From Podarcis muralis (taxonomy: Eukaryota): a stretch of DNA of 64,000 bases. The DNA lies in the NCBI RefSeq assembly GCF_964188315.1, contig NC_135657.1, forward strand, positions 76,074,001 to 76,138,000. Direction: 5' to 3'. The notes beneath the pieces are model-generated. The model did no database searches, was not told the DNA's origin, and saw nothing but the letters and a program-made list of their open reading frames with translations. The translations under genes and the position numbers were made by a program. Shown here in pieces: positions 23,776-37,126 of this stretch; position 1 is the stretch's first letter; every line of letters starts with the position of its first letter.

Positions 23776-26714
23776 AATGTTTTCATAACAATTCAGTTTT
23801 TGTGTTTTGTTAGAAAAATCAGAGGCATGGTTTTAGAGCCTTTTGAAGACTAGTGTCTAATATAAGCAATTCTGACCTTTCAGATTTCAAATATAGCAGT
23901 AAAATACTTCACAAAAGATTGCAACGTGTCAGGTGGGTGGGAAAAGACAAGTGGCATTTTTTAAAAAAAGTTTCCAAATCCAGGCGCTCTTATTTTCATG
24001 TAGATTTCCTGTTCAAGTCCCCAACAGAATCTGCCACACAGTGGAGTTGTCCTAGGTGCTGAAAAGAACGGGCAGTTCCAGGTGGTGTTGAGCTCAATGG
24101 GCTACTTCATACACTGGAATGATAATGTTATTGATAATGATAATGATAATCTTTTTTTTATACCCTGCCCATCTGGCTGGGTTAAATAAACATAGGAAGT
24201 TTCCTTACATCAGATCACACTATTGGTATGTCAAGTTCTAGCTGAGTTTTGCATATGGGCAGAAGTTCACCCAGATGTCAGGCAAAGGTTTTTCCCATTA
24301 CCACCACCTTTTACCTGGAGATGCTGGGGACTGAATCTGGGATCTTTACAGAGCATCTTGGCTGATGCCGTAGCATAAAAGGAAATGATTAAAAAACCAG
24401 GACAAACATTTTTATAAGTGGTCTCAGCAGTGCTGCTTATAACCATTGTAGAAAAGGGTGCAGGATTCTTCCTTAAAGCGGATAATTGATTGTGCATCAA
24501 CCAGAAGACTTAACAGGAATTTGTATCTTTCATCATGGTCACAGCGTTCCACTAACAATTCCAAGTGGCTCCATGTCCACAGTCTCTGGAAGATTTTAGA
24601 GCTTGCCATTCAGCTAGCTGTAGCTGAGTAATTAAAAATTGTTCAAAGTAAACAGAATGTGTGCCAGAGGCATTTGTATCATGTTGTATGATTCATTTTC
24701 TACACAAAACAATGACCTTTATGACTCACTCAACTTTCTGTTTGTGCTACTTTCTTCTCCTGAATATCAGAAAAGATAAGAGCTGTTCTGTAATGGGAGG
24801 TAGCCAAGATTCCACTGGGATTAAACAACCATTTGTAAAATTTAAGAACAAAAGAAGAGTCAGATAGATAAGATAGATAAGATAAGATCTACTCCAGCAT
24901 CTGATTCTCAGTGATCAACCAGATACCTATGAGAAGCCTACTAGCAGGGCATAAGTACAGCTGCACTCTCCACTTGCGATTTCTAGCAACTGGCATTTGT
25001 AGACACACAATGTTTGGTACTGGAGGCAACACACAGCCATTGATCGCCTTATCCTCCAGGGATGCATCTAAACCCCTTCCAAGTTTCTGGTTATCACTAT
25101 ATCTTACAGTGAATTCTATAGTTTAAATATATACACTGCATGAAGAATCACTTCCTTTTATTGTGAATCTCCCACTGTTTAGCTTTGTTGGGTAACCTTG
25201 GGTTCTAGTATTATAAAAGAGACAAAGACGGAACCTCTCTTTATCCACTTTCCCCATAATTTCAGCATCTTTCCCTTTCTTTTCCTTTTTCCTAAGCTTA
25301 AAAGTCCCAAGTGTTGCAACTTTTCCTCATGAGAGAGTTGTTCTAGTACCCCTTGATCATTTTGGTTGCGCTTTTACAGCTTTACAAATATCCTTTGTGA
25401 GATACAGCAACCAGAATTGTACGCAATATTCAAAGTGTGGTCGCACAAAACATTTGTGTTAGTTATATTCAAAGTTTGAAAATGGACCCTTTCCTAATGA
25501 TGCACATTATGGAATCACCTTTTTCACAGCTGCTGCACACTAGATTGACGTCTTCATTGAACTATCAGCAGTACTCAGTCACTGCCAATTCAGATCCCAT
25601 TAGTGAAATCCAGTGTATTAGGGATTTTTGTTCCAAAGTACATCACTTTGCATTTGCTTGCACTGAATCACATATTAAATGTCTTTAGCAAACTTGGTCA
25701 TGTCACTGCTATATGAAATATGAACCTAGTAACCCCCCCTTTTAAGTAAGTGGGGTGTATCTTAATTTTTCCATGGATGTTAGTTCTGTCTCATTTAATA
25801 CTTAACTAATTTCTTTGATTACTGTTGCTCCACCTCTTTACCAGATTGATCTTTCTTTTTAATAAATCATTTCAAAACCATGTGGTTAACTTCTGCAGTT
25901 TACTGATTGGTGCAGCTTATTTCTCACCGCATATTTTAGGTTTGCTTGGCACATTTTAGTGACATAACATTACAAAGAGAAGAAGTTATAGTCAATTTCC
26001 TCCTAATGTGGAGCTGAAGACCTTTCTTGTTGCTGGTGCTCATGGCAGGTTGATTCTACACTGATCCTAATAAGCACTCTCTGAGGAATTCATTATTTTG
26101 AAACCCATGCCTAATAAGAGATGTTTTGTGCTTTTGAAGTTCAAACTAATTTCCACGAAGGCCGCCATTGCTAAGCAACAGATTCTGTTTGGTGCCTCTT
26201 GAGGGCAAAGGCTACAGTGCCTATATGATGTGAATCATAGTTAAAGAGTCCATTAAGTGGCACTAGGGCTGCTCTAGTAAGGGGGGAATAAATCATCCTA
26301 CAGTGCTCTAAAACCACTGCAAATGATAAGCATGCCAGTGAAAATGTCACTTAAAAAAGTAAATAAACAATCTTATTATTGTCTGGGAAATTGTCATTGG
26401 TTGAGTTCATGCGATGTCATGGGAATAGTCATGAATATTCTGCTAAATGGGGAAAACTAGTCAACAAATTATTACAATAGATTACTACTATCTATTGACT
26501 TTATAGCACATCTTTTCTCCCCAATGAACCCAAGGTGGTCATCAGATAGACAATTTAAAAACAAGAACAAAGCAAAAACATTATAAAACAGTTATAACAT
26601 TATAAAAACAATTACAATTTAAAACATCTGAAAGTGCTTACAGTTAGAAATCCTTTAATGGCAGCGACATCAACAAGGCTTCACCTGCCTATCATAGGGT
26701 CCAATATGGCTGGT

Positions 26715-27060
26715 ATTGGGGAAGGCATATACCTTCAGTATACCTGAAGGAGCATCTCCACCCCCATCGTTCAGCCCAGACACTGAGGTCCAGCACCGAG
26801 GGCCTTCTGGTTGTTCCCTCAGTGTGAGAAGTGAGGTTACAGGGGACCAGGCAGGGGGTCTTCTCAGTAGTGGCACCCACCCTGTGGAATGCCCTCCCAT
26901 CAGACGTCAAAGAGATACAGAACTATCTGACTTTTAGAAGACATCTGAAAGCAGCCCTGTTTAGGGAAGTTTTTAACGTTTGATGTTTATCGTGTTTTTA
27001 ATTTTCTGTTGGGAGCTGTCCAGAGTGGCTGGGGAAACCCAGCCAGATGGGCAGGATAAA

Positions 27061-27108
<48 letters not shown>
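26715..27108 (+). mobile_element. L2 LINE 3' fragment with (ATT)16 tail
   Basis: Encodes ...FSVVAPTLWNALPSDVKEIQNYLTFRRHLKAALFREVF (L2 ORF2 C-terminus), then 3' UTR and (ATT)n at 27061-27108. Confidence 0.85.
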
Positions 27109-27109
<1 letters not shown>

Positions 27110-27111
<2 letters not shown>

Positions 27112-27330
27112 ACTTGGGTCCCAAGCCACTGCAGTGCTTTCAGGAACTGTGTCTCATGGTCCCATCAGGTTGCCCCAGTTGCCATTCTAGCAGTCACATT
27201 CTGCACTCGCTGCAGCCTCCAGACCACTTTCAAGGGCAGCCCCATGTAGAACACATTACAGTAGTACAATCAGGAGGTCACTAGAGCATGGACAGCTGAG
27301 GCCAGGCTATCGCTGCCAGGAATGGCTATA
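27110..27330 (-). mobile_element. Older antisense L2 fragment
   Basis: The minus strand reads VHALVTS*LYYCNVFYMGLPLKVVW, a decayed L2 ORF2 motif. Confidence 0.7.
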
Positions 27331-30300
27331 TCTGACTAACTAGTCTATGCTGGGCATAAGCATTCCTAGCCAGTGACAGGTTGGAATCCATAAGTTTACT
27401 ACAATTAAAATTGCAACAACAACATGAAACCGCACTATCAAACAAAACTCAATGCAATGCAAATTTCACAAAACGACAAGGAACAAGTAGCCTTTGGAAT
27501 ATATGTAAGCCAAGCAGGAAGGTAGGTTGTACTTGAGCAGAAACTTCTAAATCAGAAGAACCTGGGGAGACATGGAGATCATGGAGCAACCGGCCCAGGT
27601 GAAAGAGAAAGCACTAATAAGCAGATAGCCGAGAAGAACTAACTTGATGGGAGGTGCAGTGGAAGCGACAAGGGTTAGAGAGACTTCACATGGGATCAAT
27701 GAATGAGTGTACTTGTTGAGAAGAACAGGAGAGGAGTCTAATTTCCAGAATGTAATTGGCAGATTGACATTGAAACATTTACATTGTTAATCTATGATGC
27801 ACAGAACCCAACACTGTGTGAGTAGACTTCACTGGTGCATCTAGTTCAGAATCGTGTTCAGGCCAGCCAGATGTCTGTGGGAAAGCAGATTTTGTGGGTA
27901 CATGGGGCCTGCAGAGGGGAGGAAAGGACGATGAATCAAAGTCATATCTATCTGCACATAGCACAGGATACAACCCACTATCTTTATTTTTAAGATAATC
28001 TTAATTGGTAAGGTAATCTTCAAGTAGATTATTAGGTCTTTTTCTGGCACAGGAAAGCTTCCCTTTCAACTCAGCAAACAACCATGGAGAAAAATGCTGC
28101 TAAAATCTGTTGACTGGATGAATGAACCTTCTACAATCAGCCATTGCACATAAGGACACTAAATATAGTCTATGCTAAAGAACACCCTGAGTTTGAAATA
28201 TTTTGAAATCTGGAGCTATTTGTACCCAGCACTGTGCTAAATAAAGTGAAAGCACTGCTGACAAATCCCCACGAAGTATTATTTATATCTAGCCGATTCC
28301 GACAGAGTGCCAGAAAAGATGAATATCTAGGTGACCTTTTGGAAAATATAACAAGCTGTCATCAAAACTGGCACTAATTGACAGTCTCAACAGGCGGATT
28401 TATTTGAGCTGAACACTCAGCAACTCAGCTAGCTCTAGAGCACAAGCTAAAACAAAGGTGCTGGAGTGGAGAGTGTAAGGACTTTGACTGGCTTCACATC
28501 TACTGCCTCCTCCAGGTGTTCTGTGCCAGTTTTGAAAGTAAGTCAAAAACTTAACATTCCCACAGAATACCTGGTTGCACTGCCAGAACTACAGGGGAAA
28601 CACAACTAACTCTTCAGGAAAATGGGAACATGCCTAACTGAAAAGTTGGCTAAGCTTAAACAACTCGGATTTTAATGGATGTGAAAGCTCAGTCCTAGAA
28701 GTCATCATTTTCTGTGCCAGGTCAAACAGTGGCATGCTCTACTCTAGCAAAGGCAAGAGCCCACACTGACAAATGCCGTTTGAGAAGTCATTTACCAATT
28801 CTCTTAAGGCAAGTGGGAGAATTTGCGTTTGATTTTCTTGAATATATGCTTACTGATAGTCAACAAGATACTATAGCCATGTAGTTCAGGGATGAGGAAC
28901 CTGTGATTCTTTAGATGCTGTCTGGCTCCAGCTCCCTTCATCCCTTACCATTGGCCCTGAAGGCTGGGACTGATGGGAACTAGAATCCAACAGCATCAGA
29001 AAGACAGATGGTCTCAATTCCTGGTGTACAATGAACCAGGATGCTGTCAGACAGTCTTTGCTTGTGTCTGTAGCTTAGTGCTCTGACGAGTCACAATTAG
29101 TCCTATTTAACAGGCAGAAGGCTTTGTCCAGATTCATACCTCTTTTCCAGTGTTCACTCCAGAGCACTCACAACCTTCTCAACTTCCCTTACCTATGCCC
29201 ATCTACCTCCTTCTTGCTAATAGTGCACAACACCAGGCTTACTTTCTCCTGGGGTTTATAGCTTTTCACTTCCAGTGCTGCCAGATATGAGAATCAAAGT
29301 CCTTGGTGGGAAGTAAAAGACACCAAGCAAAACATACAAACTGGGGATTAGAGTCAGCACTTCCCAAGGTATGTCCTGTCTTCTTTCAGCCTTTTTGGAA
29401 AAAAATGTGTGCTGGGCTCTTGCTACAGAAGCAGATGAAGGACATTTATCTTTCCTGGCAGCCGCTTGTGCCTATTTAATTAGGATCCCAGTCAGCGCAA
29501 AGTGGGAAAAATTCGACATCCTGATTGCAGCATAATGATAGCTGACCACTTCTCCTTGCATCCAGTTGCAAGAAGCATAAGAAGCTGTACAATAGCATTG
29601 GGTCATCTATATTTCATTTTATTTAATGTATTTTGTATATTATTTATTTGATTGTAAATAAAACCTCTAAGTGGTTTACAAAAGATAGATAATGTGTATT
29701 TAAATAGTTGATAAAGGCCAATGCTAAAGCAAGTTGGGTTTATATTAAAAAATCAAAATAGAAATAAAACCAACAGTTTAAAATATGCATTAAAACATGT
29801 CAGCTTTACATGTCTGGGTAAACAAAAGCATATACCTTTACCTAAAAAAAACCTAAATTCTGCTGCTTCCTTTTGCCTTATTGAAACAAAGCCTTCTAAT
29901 ATACATGTTCAGACATGGAAATTTTTAAACAAGCATTTAAGTTAGGGTCGTATTACGTAATACACATAATTGCTTTAGTTTAAAACAGCTGTACTGTCTT
30001 TCCTGGTGACATTCAATATTTATGAAACTTATATAATTTCCTATAGATTCACATCATGTAATGTAAAGAATATGAGAAATAATGTAACTGAGCTTGTTGT
30101 TGTAGAAATCTTTGTGAAACTAGGTTTCTTCACAAATATGTTTTTCACACACATAACCCAACTGCCTTATTTTAGGGTTGCTGTTTTTCCCCAATTTTCA
30201 AGACATGCAAACTCCATTTGAACCTTGGTGAGTATAGCTCACTTTTGAATGTGAATATCTGTAATATTTTAAACCTACTTTGGAGTTAGTTGTTCTGCCA

Positions 30301-31849
30301 CCAGCAACCATTTTGCCCTGTTTGATGGAAGTTGGAAGGAGCCTTTGTAGGTTACCTAGCAACTCTGAGATGTGCTTGCCAACCTGGAAGTAGCTGGTCG
30401 ACCACAGTATATTTTCCCTGTCTTGTTAACTGATGACTGGGGAAATGACCAGGGATGAAACAAGATGCTAGTAATGGCTCTACTGGGGACCTATCAGTAG
30501 TAGAATTACCTGACCATCTGTTTACATGGTATATTTCTCCCAACAATTGCACTTGTAGCGGCGTGCCATGTATTTACTGAGCGAGCCAGCAAAAATAAAA
30601 ACCTGGGAAGGAAAAGGTAAAGGAAAAGAGGAAAAAAAGTAGATTGGATAGCTGACAATTGTGTAGGCAGAAAGATTTAAAACAGATGGTAAATTAAATA
30701 TGTTAATTTCTGATTTCCTGCCCCATGGTAAATATTTGAAATCATAAAGCGATATTTTTTAAAAGTTCAAATGAAAAACAAATGTGTTTGTGTCTGGCAA
30801 AAATGGTGCAATGGTTGAACTCTCAGAATCTTATTCTGGCGTTATTGAAATCCACAATAAAATTCTGACTATGGTTGGGAGGGCAGAACGGTTTTTAGTT
30901 GAGAGATTATTTGACACACATCTACAGAATTTGCTTTTGTAATAGGAGAAGCAACTTTGAAATATATAAAAGGTTGATTGCTAAACTCACCCAGCATCTT
31001 TTCCTTTCTGCTTTCCTGAGCTGGACTGCTGCCTTTTAGAATATAAAAGCCAAAAGTTGCATGGGCAGTCTGCCTTCTGATATGTGTATTAAACTTGCTT
31101 CAGGGCATATCTACATGGTCTGTGTAAACACTCCTGCTTGCTCTGCATCTAGTGCGTTCCCACTGCTGGTTTGGGAAGCGGTATACACATGACATTAGCC
31201 ACAATTCATACCTATCTTGTACCTACCCTGTTGTTTCTTATGAAAGACTGCATTTTGATGTGTTTTCCCCAGACAAGCTTCAATATGAATTGATAAAATG
31301 AACCCACATTTTAAGCTGGCAACATGCACACAGCCCTAGGGTTCTTGTATGGAAACAATATCAAATACACATCCATTTCCCCCACCCCAAATCCTGCCAA
31401 GCCTTTAGACTGGTTTGATTGTCCAGCTATCTGTGCTGCAGTTTGGTTTTTAAAAAATTCTTTAGCAGTGCACAATGTTTGTTACCACGCAGTTCTTCCT
31501 ATGTAAGGCATGGGAGCAAAGAACCAGGGGATAATACATAAGAGCAGCAGGCAAAAGCCTTTGCTTACTAGGAATAATCGAGGAATAATATTACAGAGTG
31601 CTCAGGACATCAGCAGCACATTCTGTGCAAGTCTGGCATGAAAGGTACAATAAAACATTACTGACAGACAGTTCATCCACAATCTGCTGTACATGTCCAG
31701 AAGGGGCTAAATGTGACAAAAAGATTTCATGTTTAATGATGTCCCCACCACTCCCTGTTTATGAAGTCACTGGTAGGAGAGGTCATCAAGAGGTCTGAAA
31801 AATAGTGTTATCAATATGCACATCAATATGCACTATTTCTTCCTGAAAC

Positions 31850-32230
31850 AGAAGAGGTTGTATGGGTGCTGGACCATTGCTTAGTTGGATGTCAGCCAAT
31901 AAAGTGAAGATGAGTCCTGCTAAGATGGAAAGGTTGTGCATTGGTGGTTCTTGAGCCTGGGAATTAGGTAGATGGCCTGTCTTGGATGGTGTTGCACCTC
32001 CCTTGAAATAGCAGGCTTGTACTTTGGGAGAGCTCCTGGAGCCATTTTTGTCACTGGAAGTTCAAGTGGCTTCACTGGAAAGCACTGGCTATTACTGGTT
32101 ATGACTCTTTTTGGATGAAGAAAGCCTTGCCAAAGTGATCCATGCTAACATCCTGATTGGATAACTGTAACATGCTCTACGTGGGGTACTCTTGAAGACA
32201 TAGCTAGTCCATAACACTGGAGCCATATAC
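31850..32230 (+). mobile_element. Decayed L2 ORF2 fragment
   Basis: TGGATGTCAGCCAATAAAGTGAAGATGAGTCCTGCTAAGATGGA (the NRLKLNPDKTE region) through ATAACTGTAACATGCTCTACGTGGGG. Confidence 0.6.
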
Positions 32231-35200
32231 CAGTGGGTGGATCAGTGAATCATACCTTTGTACAGTAGGCAAGTTTTTTTACATACATTCACACGCATGT
32301 CTCTGAGAGGCACCACATCTGGCTGAGAGGCACCACGTTCAAGGACCACATTCCAAACAGGCAAACATACTCAAGGAGGCAGCAAAGCAGGTGTTGTTAG
32401 GGGTGTGGCCTGAAGAGAGAGGGTGTGGCTATAGAGGGGGCGTGGCCTAGGGATAGTCCCAAGGGCCAGACCTGAAAGGCCTGAGGGGTCACACTTGACC
32501 CCCAGGCCTGAGATTCCACACTCCTGCAAATGATGGGTATCTGCTCTAACCCTGGGATCTGTATGATGAATAGCAGCATAAATGAATGAAGCTTTCTCTA
32601 AAGTGGTGGTTCTTATATTGTGGGCTGGGGACCACCGGTGCTACAGTTCACCTTGTGGTCATACTTTCGTCAGCAGCAGTAGATCCATGAATGTGCAGTG
32701 CATGAGCACACATGAGAGTGGTAGGTAGTTAGAGAGAGAAAGAGACAAGAGTGGTGCTATAGTATACAAAGTTGTAGGGGAGGAAAGGAAAATGAGGATA
32801 CTGAGGACATTTGGAGTGATCATCCAAGCATGAGGGAAAGAAGAAAAAGAATGGGAAGGAAGGAACTGAAAGGGACAAATGGACTGAGGGACGTGTTGAG
32901 GGCTGCAAATCCAGCAATTTCCACTGTGGAATTAGATTTTTAAAGAAAATGGTGTCACTAATATGATATGTGATGTGCCAATTTCTGGCCCAGGGAACCA
33001 GTGGCTTACCCTTGGCTGTGTGTGCTTTCTCATAAAAAATACCTGTGCTTTCTCATAGTATGACATTTCAGAGGGTCAGAAACCCCATCTCATTTTAGAG
33101 CTGAAGAACCAAACCCCACTGAGTCCAGCAAAAGACAACTCTCTCTGCTTGTCTCCTTTGTGAGCTTTCCAGACCACAGTGTACCCAAAACAGACAGCAG
33201 GTAAACGGGAGGCACTGAACAACTTAATAGGGCTAGATGACTCATGCAACTCTGCTACACCACTTGCTGCAGGAGGGAGAGGAAGCTATCAAAGAGAGAG
33301 CAGGTATTGTGGAAATTGTTTGTGGTAATTGATAGCATATTGTAGCTTTGTAGGAGACCCTAAAGCCTTTTAAGGGTTGCTTTGCATTGTACTTAAATTA
33401 ACCAGTTCAACCAACCTGCGCATGGGACTTGCAGATCAAATCCAGCACTTCATACTGAAGAAACAACAACAGCAACAGGCTAGCATTCCTGTTTGTAACT
33501 GAAAGTCCTGAACACATTTACTTATGAAGGAAGGCCCATTGATTTCAATATAGTGATGTGCTTAGGATCATGGCCCAAGAATAGCTAACCATTTCACCAG
33601 CCAAGCTTGCCAGTGACAAACACTACAGAATTGTTAGCTTTACATGAATATACAGCTTCCACCTGCTGAGGAGAAAATTGTTGCTAAGACTTTAATTACA
33701 TACTTAGCTTTTATTTGTACAGTCCTCCCACTCAGTTTTCAGGCATGTAAGCATCATTTTCCTTATGACATTTGGAATCTCTTTATATCTACTTAGTGGC
33801 TATATGAATAGCAGACTTTCAAGATCTTAACATTTGTTAATTTTAAACCAGTATGAGCTTTTTTAAAACAACAACAACAACACCATATTACTGGTATTTG
33901 TTCTTTGATATGCTTTTGAAATCTTTGGTACCTTCTCACTATTTTGTTTTGATTTATATCCTACTTTTATTGTACTGTATTTTAATGCATTTTTTTTTAA
34001 AAAAAGATAAAAGATAAAGTTGCATAGAAGGCCTAATAAAACCAGGCTATACCATCTTGGACAGAGGACCTTCTTACTTATTAAACTATAATTATTAAAG
34101 TTTCATTTGCACTAAATAAATATTGTGTTTGTAGAAATCTGTTATTTGCAGAATTGACCTTGAAGACTGCATCAGACATACCACCATTGGCCAAGCCTTA
34201 AAATGACTGCTCTGGATTTTTACGTTAAAATATTTCATCTGTTGAATCTGTTGAATGATGCATTCTGGCTCATACAGCTTGGTAACAAGTAACTCATTTT
34301 GTTGGCTTAGCCATTTGATCATTCCCTCTACCCTCCTCACGATTAGCCCATTCAGTGACCAATGGGAGCTGTCCTCTTGCTCTCATTGTCCACTCCACTC
34401 CACTCCAGCCAAGCTTTGTCTGCTCCAGTCCAGCAAAGCTAGGGAACAAAGTCATTTGGTTCTGGCTCCTCAGAACCAATACACATTTCCCAGTCTCGTC
34501 CAGCTCTGGTTAGGTTATGGCATCTAGACATGATGAAGGCTTAGTTGCATATGACATCCATGCGGCTCTGCTTGTGATTTTCCAGAAGACTTTCCCTGGT
34601 CTAGTCCCTCACGCAGCTCAGCATCTTTACAAAGATTTCCCAAGGCACAGTTATGAAACCATGATGAAAGTAGAACAGCCTGATTTGTACCACGCTTCTG
34701 GTTGCTGTAGCAATCTAGGTGCAGGTTAATGCCATGATGATTCACAGAGTGACGTGCCTGAAGAGAAAAAAGCTAAGTCTAGCATCCACTACTTGTATAG
34801 TAGTCACCAGCAAAATTGCAAGGGGAAATAGACACAGGCCACATCTGTACCAAGCCACAAATGCTAATTTATCAAGCTAGGATATCAAGCAGGTGCATGG
34901 AGTGCCTTTGCAGCCATTTCGGTCCCCCCTTTGCGCATGTGACTGAGCAAACACTTAAGCACAGCTCCCCATTTGTGAACACAGAAACTGCAACTAATGG
35001 CTTCCAAACATGCTAACTTTGGACCATGGAGCAATATCCTTGGTTTGTTTTGAAGCCATTAACCATAGTTTCCAGGGTTGCACATAATGGGAAACTATGG
35101 CTATGTGCTGGATTTCTAGTCCTGCTCTTTAGCCAATAAAGTTCCAGGAGCACCTTGCATGCAACTTGATATGGGTGACAGGGGCAGCTCTGTCTTAAAG

Positions 35201-36741
35201 TTCATGTAATATGTTGCCAGTTATAAAATGAAGCTAGGCAAAGGCTCACAGCTGTAGATTCTTATTTTCTGCATGCCTTAGGGATGTCATGAGCATTCAA
35301 TCAAACATGCTTACAAAGCTGGTCAAATGCTTGCAAGGAAGATTGGTGTGACTACATCCCTGTGTGCTTGCTGAAATTCTGTGAGCCAACTCCATTGCCT
35401 CCCTTCAGCTGCAAGGCTCCTGAAAAAAATTACCTTGATGCTCGCGCAAAGGATGGCAACAGAAAGATGAGTGAGGGAACCACAAATGCACACAAATATG
35501 TACCTACTTTACTGAACCCAACATTTTTTGTGTTGGTGATTTTTCTTCAGGGGCACTGATTAAACAAAAAAGTTTTCTGTACTATCTCAGAGTCAGGGAA
35601 GATGCTGCAAATGAAGAATGGGTGTTTACAATGTAGATACAGATCTGCAAAAATGTAAGATGAATGAGCTCTTCGCCCCTGTGAGTTCACCATACTGAAA
35701 TGGTTATGGTGAATTCAACTATCTCATGAGCAGGCAAGCATAAAATGGTAAAGATTAAAGGATTAAAAATGCAGATAAAGTAAAGTGCTAGCTATGCAAT
35801 AGCACCTAGGAAGGCAGAATTGAAAAAACTGGCCAGTTCCAATTATTTAGCTTGAAAACTGGTTCTTAAGCAATTTAAAAGTTGTTCTTTGAAAGGAGGA
35901 GTAAATAATGTTGCTTTGATTAATTTCTTCTTTTTGCAGCAGCTTTTTTCATCTGGCTATTTCTGACCTACACTGTGTGGTAGGTGTGAACTGAGGTAAG
36001 CATTCTTTTACAAAATTACTTTTCTGCAGAACAATCAGCTGTCATTTTGTTCATTACGCCTTTCAAGATAGTGCTCAGGCTACACGGACAAAGCTTTTGT
36101 AGGAAGCCAGAAAGCATTCTACTAGATGTTTGAAAATAAACTCAAGAGAAGAATATGTGTAAGGAGGCAAGGTCTACTTTGAAGCTGTGATGTGCCTACC
36201 ATTCCAGTTTGTGAGTCGTCGTTAACAGAATTTTGGTTTGGAGCAGAGCTTGGCTAGGCCTTTTTGGCCATGGGCCACAACCCAGGTGATGATATGGTTG
36301 TGCAGAGCCAAGGCAGTCCCATGTAGCTCCTCTGAAATGCTACATTATATGCATGTTGATAACTGCTGTGCATTCTCATATTTACATAAAATATTGGTAT
36401 GTTTATGGATCCTTTGCCTCTCATATTAAATCTTCATTATGTTAGCTTTATACTTCATAATATGATAACAAGCAAAGAGCTCTGCTGTCTTTAGAAGCTC
36501 TGGGGAAGGGGAAATTAGAACATGTCCAACTTGTCATACACATGTATGACAAACTGCATCTTCTGAAATTCAACCTGCTGTACAACTGTATGGCAGTCAC
36601 TACACCTGATCTTTGATCTACAGCTAGGATGGGCAAATCTGTCAATTTGGATTTCCCTTTGTTTCTCATTTTACAAACTTTCATTCAGTTTTCATTTCCA
36701 CATCAGTCCCCCCTTTTTCACAAAAGAAGTCCTCGTGAAAA

Positions 36742-37126
36742 TGTTGGGAAACTGCCAGGGAGATATAGTCCATCATGGCCCCAAGCCGGCTGCCGGACTT
36801 CCATCGATCTCCCGTAGCCAGGCAGATCCAGCAGTTAGCGACACGAAGCCTTAGAAATAGATTGCCACATTCTAGGCTTGTGCACACTGTTCTTTATCAG
36901 CAGAAAACACAGCCAGAAAGCTTGCACCGAAGAAGAGCATAATTTACAGATTTTATTTAGCGTTGAACAGAACAAAGAGAAAACATGACCGTTCTGAGTC
37001 AGTGACTCCGACCGACTGAAATCGAAAGGAAACAGCAAGCATAAACATCCTGTGACTAGGACATGCGCAGACTCTGTGACTCTCAAAGCCTGCTCTCTCT
37101 TAAGGTGGAACGGAAATATCCTAACA
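36742..37126 (-). repeat. 3' LTR of the Copia element
   Basis: TGTTGGG...CCTAACA on the plus strand. No difference from 41454-41838 found by eye. Minus-strand AATAAA at 36952-36957. Confidence 0.97.
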
